From the IMG/VR virus record IMGVR_UViG_3300043570_001980, positions 1 to 64,000 of that record: a stretch of DNA of 64,000 nucleotides; one strand, given 5' to 3'. The notes below the pieces were generated by a model that was not told the DNA's origin, made no database searches, and saw only the letters and a list, made by a program, of their open reading frames with translations. The position numbers and the translations under genes were made by a program. Positions within the stretch are counted from its first letter, which is position 1. The number at the start of each line of letters is the position of its first letter. This document shows, piece after piece, positions 55,089 to 64,000 of the stretch.

Positions 55089-56009
55089 ATGAAAGAACTT
55101 TGGACAGAAAAGTATCGCCCAAAAGACCTAGATGGATATGTGTTTAGAGATACTGCACAAAAAGAACAGGTAGCAGGATGGGTCAAGTCAGGTTCAATAC
55201 CTCACTTGTTGTTCAGTGGTGCCCCGGGTGTGGGCAAAACTACATTGGCTAAAATACTAATACATCAATTGGGCATTGACGAATATGATTTATTAGAAAT
55301 TAATGCATCAAGAGAAAACTCTGTGGACACAATCAGAGATAAGATCACCGGCTTTGTACAAACAATGCCATTTGGTGAATTTAAAGTTGTACTGTTAGAC
55401 GAGGCAGACTATATTACTCCAAATGGACAGGCTGCGTTGCGTGGTGTTATGGAAACTTATCATGCCAGTGCTAGATTCATTCTTACTTGTAATTACCCTA
55501 ACCGTATTATTCCTGCACTACATTCCAGATGCCAAGGCTTTCACATTGAACGAGTAGATGTCACTGAGTTTACTGCTCGCATTGCCACTGTATTGGTCAC
55601 AGAAGGTGTAGAGTTTGACTTGGATACCTTGGACACATACGTAAAAGCAACGTATCCTGATCTGCGTAAATGTCTTAACATGTGTCAGATGAATTCTACC
55701 AGTGGGCAACTCACTTCCCCCAAGGGCGACGAAGGCGGTGCAATTAAAGATTGGAAATTGGATGTAGTTAATTTATTCAAAGCTGGTCGAGTTAAAGAAG
55801 CACGTATTTTGTTATGCTCAAGTGTGCGGCCGGAGGAGATGGAAGAAGTGTATCGTTGGATGTATGATAATCTTGATTTATGGAGTGATGACCCTATGAA
55901 GCAAGATCAGGCCATTGTTATTATTAGACAAGGCATTGTTAATATTCCAATGATGGCAGACCAAGAAATTAATTTATCAGCAACACTAGTGGAATTAAGT
56001 CAACTATGA
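55089..56009 (+). CDS. Clamp loader subunit (RFC/T4 gp44-like)
   Basis: WTEKYRP, GAPGVGKT, INAS, LLDEAD, SRC. Confidence 0.95.
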   Translation: MKELWTEKYRPKDLDGYVFRDTAQKEQVAGWVKSGSIPHLLFSGAPGVGKTTLAKILIHQLGIDEYDLLEINASRENSVDTIRDKITGFVQTMPFGEFKVVLLDEADYITPNGQAALRGVMETYHASARFILTCNYPNRIIPALHSRCQGFHIERVDVTEFTARIATVLVTEGVEFDLDTLDTYVKATYPDLRKCLNMCQMNSTSGQLTSPKGDEGGAIKDWKLDVVNLFKAGRVKEARILLCSSVRPEEMEEVYRWMYDNLDLWSDDPMKQDQAIVIIRQGIVNIPMMADQEINLSATLVELSQL

Positions 56010-56314
56010 GATACATGCTTATTACATACTTTAGAAAAGCAGATGGCAAAATTGACGAAGTTATGGCTGTGTCTAAAAATGTTAGAACCAAAGACATTCA
56101 GACCTGTAATGTTATCTTGGACTTTAAAAAATTACAAGTAACAAAGTGTACTATGGAGGGTCAAAATTTACCCAAAGATTGGGATAAAATTATGACATAT
56201 TTTTATCAATACTACGAGTCAACCATTACACGATTACTTAAAGAAAACGGATATGAAATTACTAAACAAGAACCGATCTCTCAGCCAGCTGAACAGTCAA
56301 GTAATCCTGGTTGA
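56006..56314 (+). CDS. Hypothetical protein
   Basis: 102 aa. Confidence 0.7.
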   Translation: MRYMLITYFRKADGKIDEVMAVSKNVRTKDIQTCNVILDFKKLQVTKCTMEGQNLPKDWDKIMTYFYQYYESTITRLLKENGYEITKQEPISQPAEQSSNPG

Positions 56315-56876
56315 TTGTGACGGAGTACTGCTTAATTGGGAGTACGCTTTTGCTATCTGGATGGACGAACATGGATTTACAAAGGTACCCGGCGGTGATC
56401 TAAACTACGACATTGGGGAACGCTACAATATCTCTCACGAACAAGGTCGCAAACTGATCAAGATGTTTAATGAAAGCGCCGCAATTGGATTCTTGCCGCC
56501 CCTGCGTGATGCCATGTACTATGTAAAACGTCTGCATGAAGAACATGGCTATGTGTTTCATTGTATTACTAGCCTTAGTACAGATCCCAACGCACAAAAA
56601 TTACGCAGAATGAATCTTGACAAATTGTTTGGCGATACAGTATTTGAAGAGATTGTTTGTTTGCCTACAGGTGCTGACAAACACGAAGCACTTGAGCCTT
56701 ACAGAGGTTCAGCATGTTGGTGGGTAGAAGACAAACCCGAAAATGCCAAAGTCGGGTTTGATATTGGACTCAAATCAATTATCATCGAACACGGGCATAA
56801 CATGCACCACTATCATGCATCGATTCCAATAGTAAAAAACTGGAAAGAACTCTACAATATTATCATTGGTGAATAG
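56253..56876 (+). CDS. HAD-family 5'-(deoxy)nucleotidase-like
   Basis: LVDCDGVL, CITS, WVEDKPEN. Confidence 0.8.
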   Translation: MKLLNKNRSLSQLNSQVILVDCDGVLLNWEYAFAIWMDEHGFTKVPGGDLNYDIGERYNISHEQGRKLIKMFNESAAIGFLPPLRDAMYYVKRLHEEHGYVFHCITSLSTDPNAQKLRRMNLDKLFGDTVFEEIVCLPTGADKHEALEPYRGSACWWVEDKPENAKVGFDIGLKSIIIEHGHNMHHYHASIPIVKNWKELYNIIIGE

Positions 56877-56883
56877 AAAAGTA

Positions 56884-57870
56884 TCAGTGTCCGCATGCAC
56901 TAACACACATATACAACTTACCCTGCGCCACACTGGGTAAAGTCCAGGTTTTTTCTACCTGTTCAAACCAATCAATACAATGCTCTAGACTGTATTCTAA
57001 TGCATTGTTTTCTTTAACTAAATCTTTAAATTGACTATTACCGGGCTGGTGCATTGTCTTTGGAAAAAATCCCAAATAACAACAAGGATACACAGATCCG
57101 TCGGCAGCTATGTAAATCTCTTTTTGTTTTATATGGCCACAATCTATTTGTGCATTATCATCAACCCAGGGTATTTTCTTTTTATGATCAAACCAGGTAA
57201 CATGATCTTCAATCAAATTGTTAGCGTCGGGTATGTCAGGTTGTGCATCACCTAGCCAATGACTAAACTCGCCGTTTCTTGTAAATACCGGTCCTTGGTT
57301 ACGTCCGTGATCTCGTACTATAAAATCTGAAAATCCCAACTGACGGCTCAGTGTCTGACAACTATCAAATTGATGTTGATTATGTTTAAACGGGATAAAT
57401 TTCCAAACAGCATTTCCGCCTGCCTGGATTAATGCCACAGCATTATCGATGATCTTCTCCCAGTCAGTGTCCTGACGGTACAGACTGTGTGTGTCTTTGA
57501 GCCCGTCTAATGCAAATAATACTTCAATTCGATGGTTGTTTAATTTCTGCCACCAGGCAGTAGAACGTGTACTGCCATTTGTTTCAATTTGTATTTTGGC
57601 AGTACTATTAGATAAAAAGTACTCGACTATTTCCAACGCATCGCTGGCCAAACTAAAATCTCCAAGATTTCCGTTAAAGTTAATACGGTTAATTTGTTTT
57701 AAAAAGTCTGAAGGGAATATGTGTTGAATATCACTAAGTGACAACTCAGTTAACGGATATCCTCCATTAAAATCTACGCCTCGGTAGTTACGCATACACA
57801 TGGGACATCGTGCATTACAACGAGAACTAAGTTCAATATGTAATGCACGGATTTGGTCTATTTTAATCAT
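56884..57870 (-). CDS. Radical SAM protein with SPASM/twitch-type Cys motif
   Basis: CNARCPMC; C-terminal C...DGSVYPCC...C...CG; TATAAATA 5 nt upstream. Confidence 0.9.
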   Translation of the reverse strand: MIKIDQIRALHIELSSRCNARCPMCMRNYRGVDFNGGYPLTELSLSDIQHIFPSDFLKQINRINFNGNLGDFSLASDALEIVEYFLSNSTAKIQIETNGSTRSTAWWQKLNNHRIEVLFALDGLKDTHSLYRQDTDWEKIIDNAVALIQAGGNAVWKFIPFKHNQHQFDSCQTLSRQLGFSDFIVRDHGRNQGPVFTRNGEFSHWLGDAQPDIPDANNLIEDHVTWFDHKKKIPWVDDNAQIDCGHIKQKEIYIAADGSVYPCCYLGFFPKTMHQPGNSQFKDLVKENNALEYSLEHCIDWFEQVEKTWTLPSVAQGKLYMCVSACGH

Positions 57871-57906
57871 TCAAATATTTATAGACTGCCCTTTGTTGTT
57901 AAATGT

Positions 57907-58659
57907 TTATTGATATAATCGCAATACCTCTCCAATTATAGGATGTCTTTGAATGTCACGACCGGTCATCCTGCACACAGCCATACCGTTGATGGGTCTT
58001 GCTTCTAATTTTAAGCACAGATCCAACAACCCATTGTTATCTTGTTGACGGTCTGCTTGTTCCACATCTCCAGTGACCACAATACGACTGCCTGTGCCTA
58101 TGCGGCTTAACAGCATCTTCATTTGTGCAGGAGTAGCGTTTTGCATTTCGTCTGCAACAATCCAAGCATGCTTGAACGTGCGTCCACGCATGTAGGCCAA
58201 GGGTGAGATTTCAATGGTGCCGTCTTCAATCATTGCAGTGATCTCTGTGGGTCGGTAGTACTCACGCAGTACATCAAGCAGGGGTCGTGTCCAGGGTTCC
58301 ATTTTGGCCACTAGATTGCCGGGTAAAAAGCCATGTTGTTCATCCTCCACGCCTATGGCGGGACGAGTTAGAACAATACGCTTGGCTTCTCCACTTCTAA
58401 ATGCTTTGACCGCTGCCAGCATAGCCAGATAAGTTTTACCAGTTCCTGCTGGACCTGCTGTTACTATGATGTGCTGATCTGCGTCGAGTAAATTTAATAT
58501 AAGATTTTCTTGATTTTTAGTTTTGGGTATAAGTTCTATTGCTCGTTGTTTTAAGTTGGGTTGTAAGTTAAATTGAATGGTATTTTCAGTAACTGTTTGG
58601 ATGCGTTTTTGCGCCTTGGCGCCTCGGTTTCTACTCAAGTTCGGTTCTCCTTTGAACAT
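57907..58659 (-). CDS. phoH: PhoH-like ATPase
   Basis: GPAGTGKT, LTRP, GFLPG, PLAYMRGRTF, DEMQN, GDVEQ.D; alternative TTG start at 58638. Confidence 0.95.
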   Translation of the reverse strand: MFKGEPNLSRNRGAKAQKRIQTVTENTIQFNLQPNLKQRAIELIPKTKNQENLILNLLDADQHIIVTAGPAGTGKTYLAMLAAVKAFRSGEAKRIVLTRPAIGVEDEQHGFLPGNLVAKMEPWTRPLLDVLREYYRPTEITAMIEDGTIEISPLAYMRGRTFKHAWIVADEMQNATPAQMKMLLSRIGTGSRIVVTGDVEQADRQQDNNGLLDLCLKLEARPINGMAVCRMTGRDIQRHPIIGEVLRLYQ

Positions 58660-58814
58660 AGTTAACTCCCTTTCCTGGGCACAAGTATTTAGGCATTATA
58701 AAAATAAGTTTAGTGTATCTGTATTTCGGTAAATTATGTCATAAGTATTAGGCTGTCCGGATCCCAACAATAAAGCAAAAACCAACTAGTTTCTAGAGAA
58801 CAATAAATAATAGT

Positions 58815-59420
58815 ATGAGCAATAAACTTGATAAAGATATCTTTAAAGACCACAGTGATTACTGGCTGGTAGCCGACAATATTAAAAACATCTACATGTC
58901 TGAAGGTAGCTTGTTGAGCCTATTAGACTTTGAACGTGTGCTAGATGAGCTAGATATCTATGCATTTAAAAATTGGATTTTGGGTGAACTAGTACAAGGT
59001 CCAACTATCGGAAAATACAAAGTTGGCTGTATTTTTATGTGGCCTGAAAAACTCATGCCCGACCCGCGTGGGGCTCGTCGTTTACTTCCCTTCGACTGCG
59101 AAGTAAAATACATGAAGAAAAACATGAAGATTCCAATTAAAATTGAGGAACCTGATGATTTTATCCCTGGCACACACAAAGCAAGATTAATCGATAAAAA
59201 AGTATGGCTGGTTGAAATAGTCATGCCCAAGACATTGATGACCGATATTCGCACAGGCTCTATTGAGATGGAAGGCGAACAAATTGACCTACAAGATCTA
59301 GACAGCGCCTACGAAGAAGATCTAGATCAAGATGAATTCCGTCAGGAAGACACACCAGAACAATCTGCACAACAACCAGCAATTGGAGGACAAGATGCAC
59401 AACAACCAGCCGCTGTTTGA
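58815..59420 (+). CDS. Hypothetical late protein, acidic C-terminus
   Basis: TAAATA 5 nt upstream of the ATG. Confidence 0.75.
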   Translation: MSNKLDKDIFKDHSDYWLVADNIKNIYMSEGSLLSLLDFERVLDELDIYAFKNWILGELVQGPTIGKYKVGCIFMWPEKLMPDPRGARRLLPFDCEVKYMKKNMKIPIKIEEPDDFIPGTHKARLIDKKVWLVEIVMPKTLMTDIRTGSIEMEGEQIDLQDLDSAYEEDLDQDEFRQEDTPEQSAQQPAIGGQDAQQPAAV

Positions 59421-59937
59421 AGGTCTTGAATACAAGGACCTAGAGGGCATGATGAAGCCCACGATTCACGTTGACGAATTTGCTAGTAAAATGGGCGACG
59501 ACGACGAAATTATTGTACTAAGCTTTTTTGTTCGCAGTAAACAGGCCGCAAAGGATCTTGTGAATTGGTTCGAAAAAGGATACGACTTTGTGTTGGATTC
59601 TGACACCAGTCCTGGAGAAATCAAGGCAGGCAGATATCTTGTGTATGTAGAAATGCGCAGACGCAGTACTTCAGGCAAGCACACAGCAGAATTAATCGAC
59701 GATTTAAGCACACTCACTGAGTTTGGTCCCGACGATTGGACCATGCGCTACGAAGAGAAAGAGCACCCTTTTACTCAAGAAATATTTGACAGTTTGGTTC
59801 CGCTAAGTCCTAAACTGTATCGCAAAGAAAAAGAGTCAGAGCTAAACGAAATGCGCATAGCCGCAGGCATCCAACCAAAACAAATTTTTGAACGCGAAAA
59901 AGATATTCGCAGTCTACAGGCCGCCGCAGGTATATAA
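59395..59937 (+). CDS. Hypothetical protein
   Basis: GGAGGA SD; IHVDEFASKMGDD. Confidence 0.75.
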   Translation: MHNNQPLFEGLEYKDLEGMMKPTIHVDEFASKMGDDDEIIVLSFFVRSKQAAKDLVNWFEKGYDFVLDSDTSPGEIKAGRYLVYVEMRRRSTSGKHTAELIDDLSTLTEFGPDDWTMRYEEKEHPFTQEIFDSLVPLSPKLYRKEKESELNEMRIAAGIQPKQIFEREKDIRSLQAAAGI

Positions 59938-59945
59938 CTATACCT

Positions 59946-60587
59946 ATGAAACTCAAAAGCTTTGGGTGCAGTTTCATTTTTGGAACAGATTTATCTGACG
60001 ACGGAAATGGCGCTCTTTGGGCCACACCCAGTAAACTAACCTGGCCCGCACATCTTGCTAATCATTTGGATTACCAATATATTTGTTATGCCCGTCCGGG
60101 CATTGGCAATCTCAGCATACTTGACCGTGTGTTAAATCAAGCAGGCTGCAATGAGCACAGCTTGTTTGTTGTTGGATGGACCTGGATTGATCGTTTTGAT
60201 CACACTGATCACAAAGACGATTGGCTAACACTACGCCCTATAGAAGAAGATACTAACTCTAAGTTTTATTTTAAAAATTTGCACTCTGAGTACAGAGATA
60301 AACTCAATACTCTGATGTGCATGCGCCTGGCCATAGACACATTAAAAGAAAAAAACTGCCCATTTATAATGACCTACATGGACGATTTGACCTTTGACAG
60401 TAAATATCATGCGCCGCCAGGAATTATGGACCTACAAAACTATGTACGCCCTTACATGACTAAGTTTGAAGATAAGAATTTCTTAGAGTGGAGTCAGGTT
60501 AAAGGCTATCCTATCAGCAATACCTTACACCCTTTAGAACAAGCTCATTTGGCTGCTTTTGATTTAATCAAAGATATCAAGGTTTAG
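59946..60587 (+). CDS. SGNH-hydrolase-like protein
   Basis: FGCSF, ARPGIGN, HPLEQAH. Confidence 0.65.
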   Translation: MKLKSFGCSFIFGTDLSDDGNGALWATPSKLTWPAHLANHLDYQYICYARPGIGNLSILDRVLNQAGCNEHSLFVVGWTWIDRFDHTDHKDDWLTLRPIEEDTNSKFYFKNLHSEYRDKLNTLMCMRLAIDTLKEKNCPFIMTYMDDLTFDSKYHAPPGIMDLQNYVRPYMTKFEDKNFLEWSQVKGYPISNTLHPLEQAHLAAFDLIKDIKV

Positions 60588-61311
60588 AATACACAAAGTA
60601 CAGTCTATCGTTGGCATCCTTTTTAAACTCTAATAGCTTAAGATTGTATTTTTCAGCAAACTCGTTTACTACTTCAAAACTCCACGGAAAGATTTCTACG
60701 TAAGGTCCTGTCTTGTGCGTGATACCAGGATTGGCTCTTAGATAAAATTTACCGCCTCTGGCTAACAAATCAACACAGTGGCCAAAACGACTTTCGATTT
60801 CGTCTCGGCTATTAAAGTTAATTGATCCTAGTGCAATAATGTGATCGTGGCTAGCAGGTTTAACCTTGTAGTCAAGGATGTCTACCATGTAATCAGCACA
60901 GTTGTTATAAGGATCAATGCCTACTAGGTTATCGATGCGTCCTTTAAACGGATGATATCCACAGCCTACGTCTAACACACTTTTGGGATTTTGCTTTTGA
61001 ATTTCTTCAGCTAGTTGCCATCCTGTATAATCGTAGTCCCCGGTTCTGGGTTTCCAGATTTCTCCAAAGAAGCGATTGATATAACGCTCGCTGAGATCAT
61101 TGGTGATACTGAGTAATGTACCTACATAATCGCAAGGCAAGCTTAGTTCTACTTCCACAGCGTCTTTGAACTTTCTATAACGTGCAGGAGTCCAAGGAAG
61201 TTTGTCAACTTCAGTGTTTGGTCCAATAGTTTCAAGAATTCTCTGATACTTGGGTAAATTAAAAGCAGTCTGCAAATTTTTGTTGAGTAAGTTAAAAATT
61301 TTGGTATTCAT
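60577..61311 (-). CDS. Class I SAM-dependent methyltransferase
   Basis: VLDVGCG, VGIDP, HIIALGSINF; separate N-terminal domain of about 75 aa. Confidence 0.85.
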   Translation of the reverse strand: MNTKIFNLLNKNLQTAFNLPKYQRILETIGPNTEVDKLPWTPARYRKFKDAVEVELSLPCDYVGTLLSITNDLSERYINRFFGEIWKPRTGDYDYTGWQLAEEIQKQNPKSVLDVGCGYHPFKGRIDNLVGIDPYNNCADYMVDILDYKVKPASHDHIIALGSINFNSRDEIESRFGHCVDLLARGGKFYLRANPGITHKTGPYVEIFPWSFEVVNEFAEKYNLKLLEFKKDANDRLYFVYSKP

Positions 61312-61404
61312 ATAAAATTTTACCTTTAGGATAAATAATTTTACAAGACCTGTAAAAATTTTCCTGGTCTTGTTTTTTTAATTAAGTATATTTAAGGAGA
61401 TAAT

Positions 61405-62391
61405 ATGAGTACATTAAAAAAGTTTATAGCCGCATTACTTGTTACTGCAAGTACACTAGTTTACGCATGGGAACCAACCAAACCCGTTACTGTATACATA
61501 GGTAACACACCCGGTGCAGGTAATGAAATGGCCTTTAGAAAACTAGCTGATATTGTACAGAAACAAAACCCAAAGTTTGTGTATGTTGTACAAAACATTC
61601 CTGGAGCAGATAGTGTTATTGCCAACAACCGTTTTTTAGAAGCGCCAAATGACGGCTATACTATTAACTTGCCTAGTCATATGAGCAGTTATGTTACAAA
61701 TGATATCTGGGAAAAGTCAATTAAGAAATACAACTACGACTCATTTGTTGATGTGTTGACCATGGGCAAGAGCCCGTTGGTATTGGTTGCTGGCGTCAAA
61801 AGCGGCATTAACACCCCACAAGAGTTTGTGAAGTATATTCAGTCAGGCAGAACAATCAACATTGCCATTGGTGGTGGCGCACATCGCACAGCATTTGAGT
61901 ATTTGATGGACAAGGGCAAGGGCAACAAAGACACAGTCAAACCCATCAAGTTTAACGGACCACAGCCTGCAGTACAAAGTGCCGCTAGCTTTGATCCAAA
62001 ATTTGCTGGCACTGAGTTTGCTATTATTCCTATTGCAGTGGCCAAAGCTCTAGTTGATGCAGGCAAGGTAAAACCCATTGGATTTACAGGCACACGTCGG
62101 ATGGCACAATTTCCTGATGTCCCATTGTTAAACACAGTAGCGCCTGGTATCAATGTGTATGCGGCCTGGTCAATACAATTGCCGCCTGGCACAGACAAGG
62201 ACATTGTTGCATGGTATCAACAGCAATTCAGCAAGGCTATTCGTTCAGCAGAATACAAAGAGTACACGGATGCCAATGTTATTTTCTATGCTGAAGATGA
62301 GTTGACTCCTGTCGGGCTTCGAAAGCAAATGGACGAATTACGTGCGGCATTTATTCCTGTGTTGAGTCGAATTGATTTAAGTAAAGAATGA
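61405..62391 (+). CDS. Bug/TctC-family periplasmic solute receptor
   Basis: Signal peptide; P.KPV..Y...PG, N.PGA, A.NDGYT, VKPIG.TG.RR..FPDVP, W.....P.GT.K.IV. Confidence 0.85.
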   Translation: MSTLKKFIAALLVTASTLVYAWEPTKPVTVYIGNTPGAGNEMAFRKLADIVQKQNPKFVYVVQNIPGADSVIANNRFLEAPNDGYTINLPSHMSSYVTNDIWEKSIKKYNYDSFVDVLTMGKSPLVLVAGVKSGINTPQEFVKYIQSGRTINIAIGGGAHRTAFEYLMDKGKGNKDTVKPIKFNGPQPAVQSAASFDPKFAGTEFAIIPIAVAKALVDAGKVKPIGFTGTRRMAQFPDVPLLNTVAPGINVYAAWSIQLPPGTDKDIVAWYQQQFSKAIRSAEYKEYTDANVIFYAEDELTPVGLRKQMDELRAAFIPVLSRIDLSKE

Positions 62392-63020
62392 AATACATAT
62401 TCGTAGCCGGTGCTCCAGGCTCAAAATGGAGTAGCGTAGTTAAAAACATCTACTACAGCGCAGACATTGATCGTAGCGACTATAGAGATGAGTGGACTTA
62501 TTATCACGACGCTGGCGATACTGGGGTTAAAGAACTAATGCATTTGGGTGCATACTTTGACCCCGGCATGATCTCTCCATTGCCCGAAGATTTAACCGCA
62601 TTGAATCGAGAACAACTGGAAAAAATATTTGCAGAACCCTTTCAATTCAAAGAATCCAAAGGTACACGAATTATCAAAAGCCATGTGTTTTCCAATCATA
62701 TTGAACATTTGCGAGAATTATTCCCTGAAACGCCTGTTGTAATTGTACATCGTGGCGATGATTCATGTCTGGGCTGGTGGGTCAAGTGTGGGCATTTTGA
62801 CATCACTTACCCTGACTATCACGAGTATTTCAAAGACTTAAAACACATGGCTCGGATTATCAAAAGTCAAAATCGAGACATCCTGAAAGCCTGGTGGAAG
62901 TACACTGGTAAAATAGTGTCAGACAATGTTCAATTGGCACAAGCACTAAACATTGAACTCCCGCCTGTGGAATATTCTCAAGACTATGCAACATCAGACG
63001 TAAGGGTAAAAGTAATATGA
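62388..63020 (+). CDS. P-loop/sulfotransferase-like protein
   Basis: IFVAGAPGSKWS; IIKSH; VIVHR. Confidence 0.55.
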   Translation: MKYIFVAGAPGSKWSSVVKNIYYSADIDRSDYRDEWTYYHDAGDTGVKELMHLGAYFDPGMISPLPEDLTALNREQLEKIFAEPFQFKESKGTRIIKSHVFSNHIEHLRELFPETPVVIVHRGDDSCLGWWVKCGHFDITYPDYHEYFKDLKHMARIIKSQNRDILKAWWKYTGKIVSDNVQLAQALNIELPPVEYSQDYATSDVRVKVI

Positions 63021-63679
63021 TAACAGAAGAATTCAAAAGCAGTTGGGATTACACAAAGAGTTATAGCACATATCATTTTGACAGCGTCAAAATAGATCGA
63101 TTCAAAGATGTAATCACCCATCTAGGACATATCGAACCCACATGGACAGCAGACATAGCAGACATTGTGGCCAACTCTAATCCAGCAACCTGGGAAACTC
63201 GCGGCTACAAAGGTGAAGGTGTTCCTCCTCCGCGTGAAGATTTGTTAGCAGAAGAATACGACATTGAACGTGTGGGTGCAGATCCCAAAATGATCATTAC
63301 TCACATTAACTGGCGTATTCCCGCTTCGTTGCAAGCAATTACCGCGGCATTTGGCCTTGATGATTGCATGGAACGCATACATGTACAACAACCTGGAGAA
63401 GTGTGGAACTTACACATAGACAAACTGCAGAAATGGTGCCCAGAAGATCCGTCAAAGATAGGACGTTATTTTGTACAATTAACAGACTGGCAACCAGGAC
63501 AGTTTTGGGAATATGGGAACTATCACTGGAATCAATGGCAGGCCGGCGATGTATCAACATTCGACTGGGTTAACATACCGCACTCCACAGCCAATGCAGG
63601 TCACCATCCTAGAGTGACATTTCAGTTGACTGGTGTTATCACAGATAAGACTCGCAATTTCTTATCCTCACTACAATGA
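63017..63679 (+). CDS. Fe(II)/2OG hydroxylase-like cupin
   Basis: QQPGEV..LHID...W..G....FDW..IPHSTAN.G...R (HxD...H triad). Confidence 0.75.
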   Translation: MITEEFKSSWDYTKSYSTYHFDSVKIDRFKDVITHLGHIEPTWTADIADIVANSNPATWETRGYKGEGVPPPREDLLAEEYDIERVGADPKMIITHINWRIPASLQAITAAFGLDDCMERIHVQQPGEVWNLHIDKLQKWCPEDPSKIGRYFVQLTDWQPGQFWEYGNYHWNQWQAGDVSTFDWVNIPHSTANAGHHPRVTFQLTGVITDKTRNFLSSLQ

Positions 63680-63885
63680 GCACAGACACATCAACAAGAA
63701 GTTTAGTCAAGACAATTAGTTGGCGTATAACTGGTAGCGGTGCAACTTTTGCAATATCTTATTTGGTGCTAGGTGATTTTTCTGTTGCTGGCACAATTGC
63801 AATAACTCAAGTCACACTGAATACCATATTGTATTACGTACACGAAAGAATTTGGAACAAGATTGCATGGCAAAAACACTTTTAA
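63676..63885 (+). CDS. DUF2061 membrane protein
   Basis: RSLVKTISWRITG...LYYVHERIWNKI.W. Confidence 0.85.
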   Translation: MSTDTSTRSLVKTISWRITGSGATFAISYLVLGDFSVAGTIAITQVTLNTILYYVHERIWNKIAWQKHF

Positions 63886-64000
63886 TATTAACAGGGCCGC
63901 AGGGATCCGGTAATCATTTATGGTCAAAAATCTTTGCACTACATCCCGATGTGTATGCCTGGCATGCCTTGTTACATGAATACTGGATAGGACATGATCA
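63867..64000 (+). CDS. P-loop/sulfotransferase-like protein (3'-truncated)
   Basis: MAKTLLILTGPQGSGNHLWSKIFALHP...; runs off the window. Confidence 0.6.
   Translation, partial: MAKTLLILTGPQGSGNHLWSKIFALHPDVYAWHALLHEYWIGHD

Noticed and set aside
58737-58742. TGTCAT upstream of phoH as a Pho box
   Set aside because: Single half-site with no 11-bp partner; phoH has a late-type TAAATA instead.
1-64000. Stop-codon reassignment
   Set aside because: Conserved proteins are full length in the standard code; TAG and TGA end genes at sensible positions, with many ATGA overlaps.
1-64000. Bacterial chromosome or prophage origin
   Set aside because: Host-like genes are isolated among small hypothetical and virion genes; no integrase, attachment site or housekeeping operons were seen.

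Overview
This 64 kb window looks like part of a large lytic tailed-phage genome with T4-like features, not a bacterial chromosome. It has T4 gp10-like baseplate/fibre genes, a gp44-like clamp loader, a GroES-like co-chaperonin and PhoH. Near-consensus sigma70 promoters (TTGAC-N17-TATAAT) cluster in a dense early region (about 17.5-40 kb), and TAAATA late-type promoters precede structural genes. Host-derived genes (pstS, a Bug/TctC receptor, a phasin-like gene, entericidin, a DUF3563-like gene) suggest a proteobacterial host, possibly Burkholderiales (inference). Layout: 1-2.6 kb phosphate module (PlcP/LpxH-like phosphoesterase, GT2, Pho box, pstS); 2.7-8 kb secreted/membrane proteins; 9.5-12.7 kb phasin-like gene, lipoproteins, ClpP; 17.5-40 kb early small genes; 37.7-43 kb NadE, IF-1, SOD, amidinotransferase, IscA; 43-52.4 kb fibre/baseplate; 52.5-57 kb replication/chaperone; 57-64 kb radical SAM, PhoH, methyltransferase and a Bug-led operon. 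The strongest candidate for a new system is a phage-borne phosphorus-sparing lipid-remodelling module. Other notable signals are promoter -10 boxes at hairpin apices, leaderless starts, a repeated upstream palindrome, a PhaR-like operator over the phasin promoter, a chimeric gene born by tandem duplication, and a possibly capsid-targeted SOD. No tRNA, rRNA, CRISPR array, integrase or transposase was seen. All family assignments are motif recognition by eye; no searches were run.
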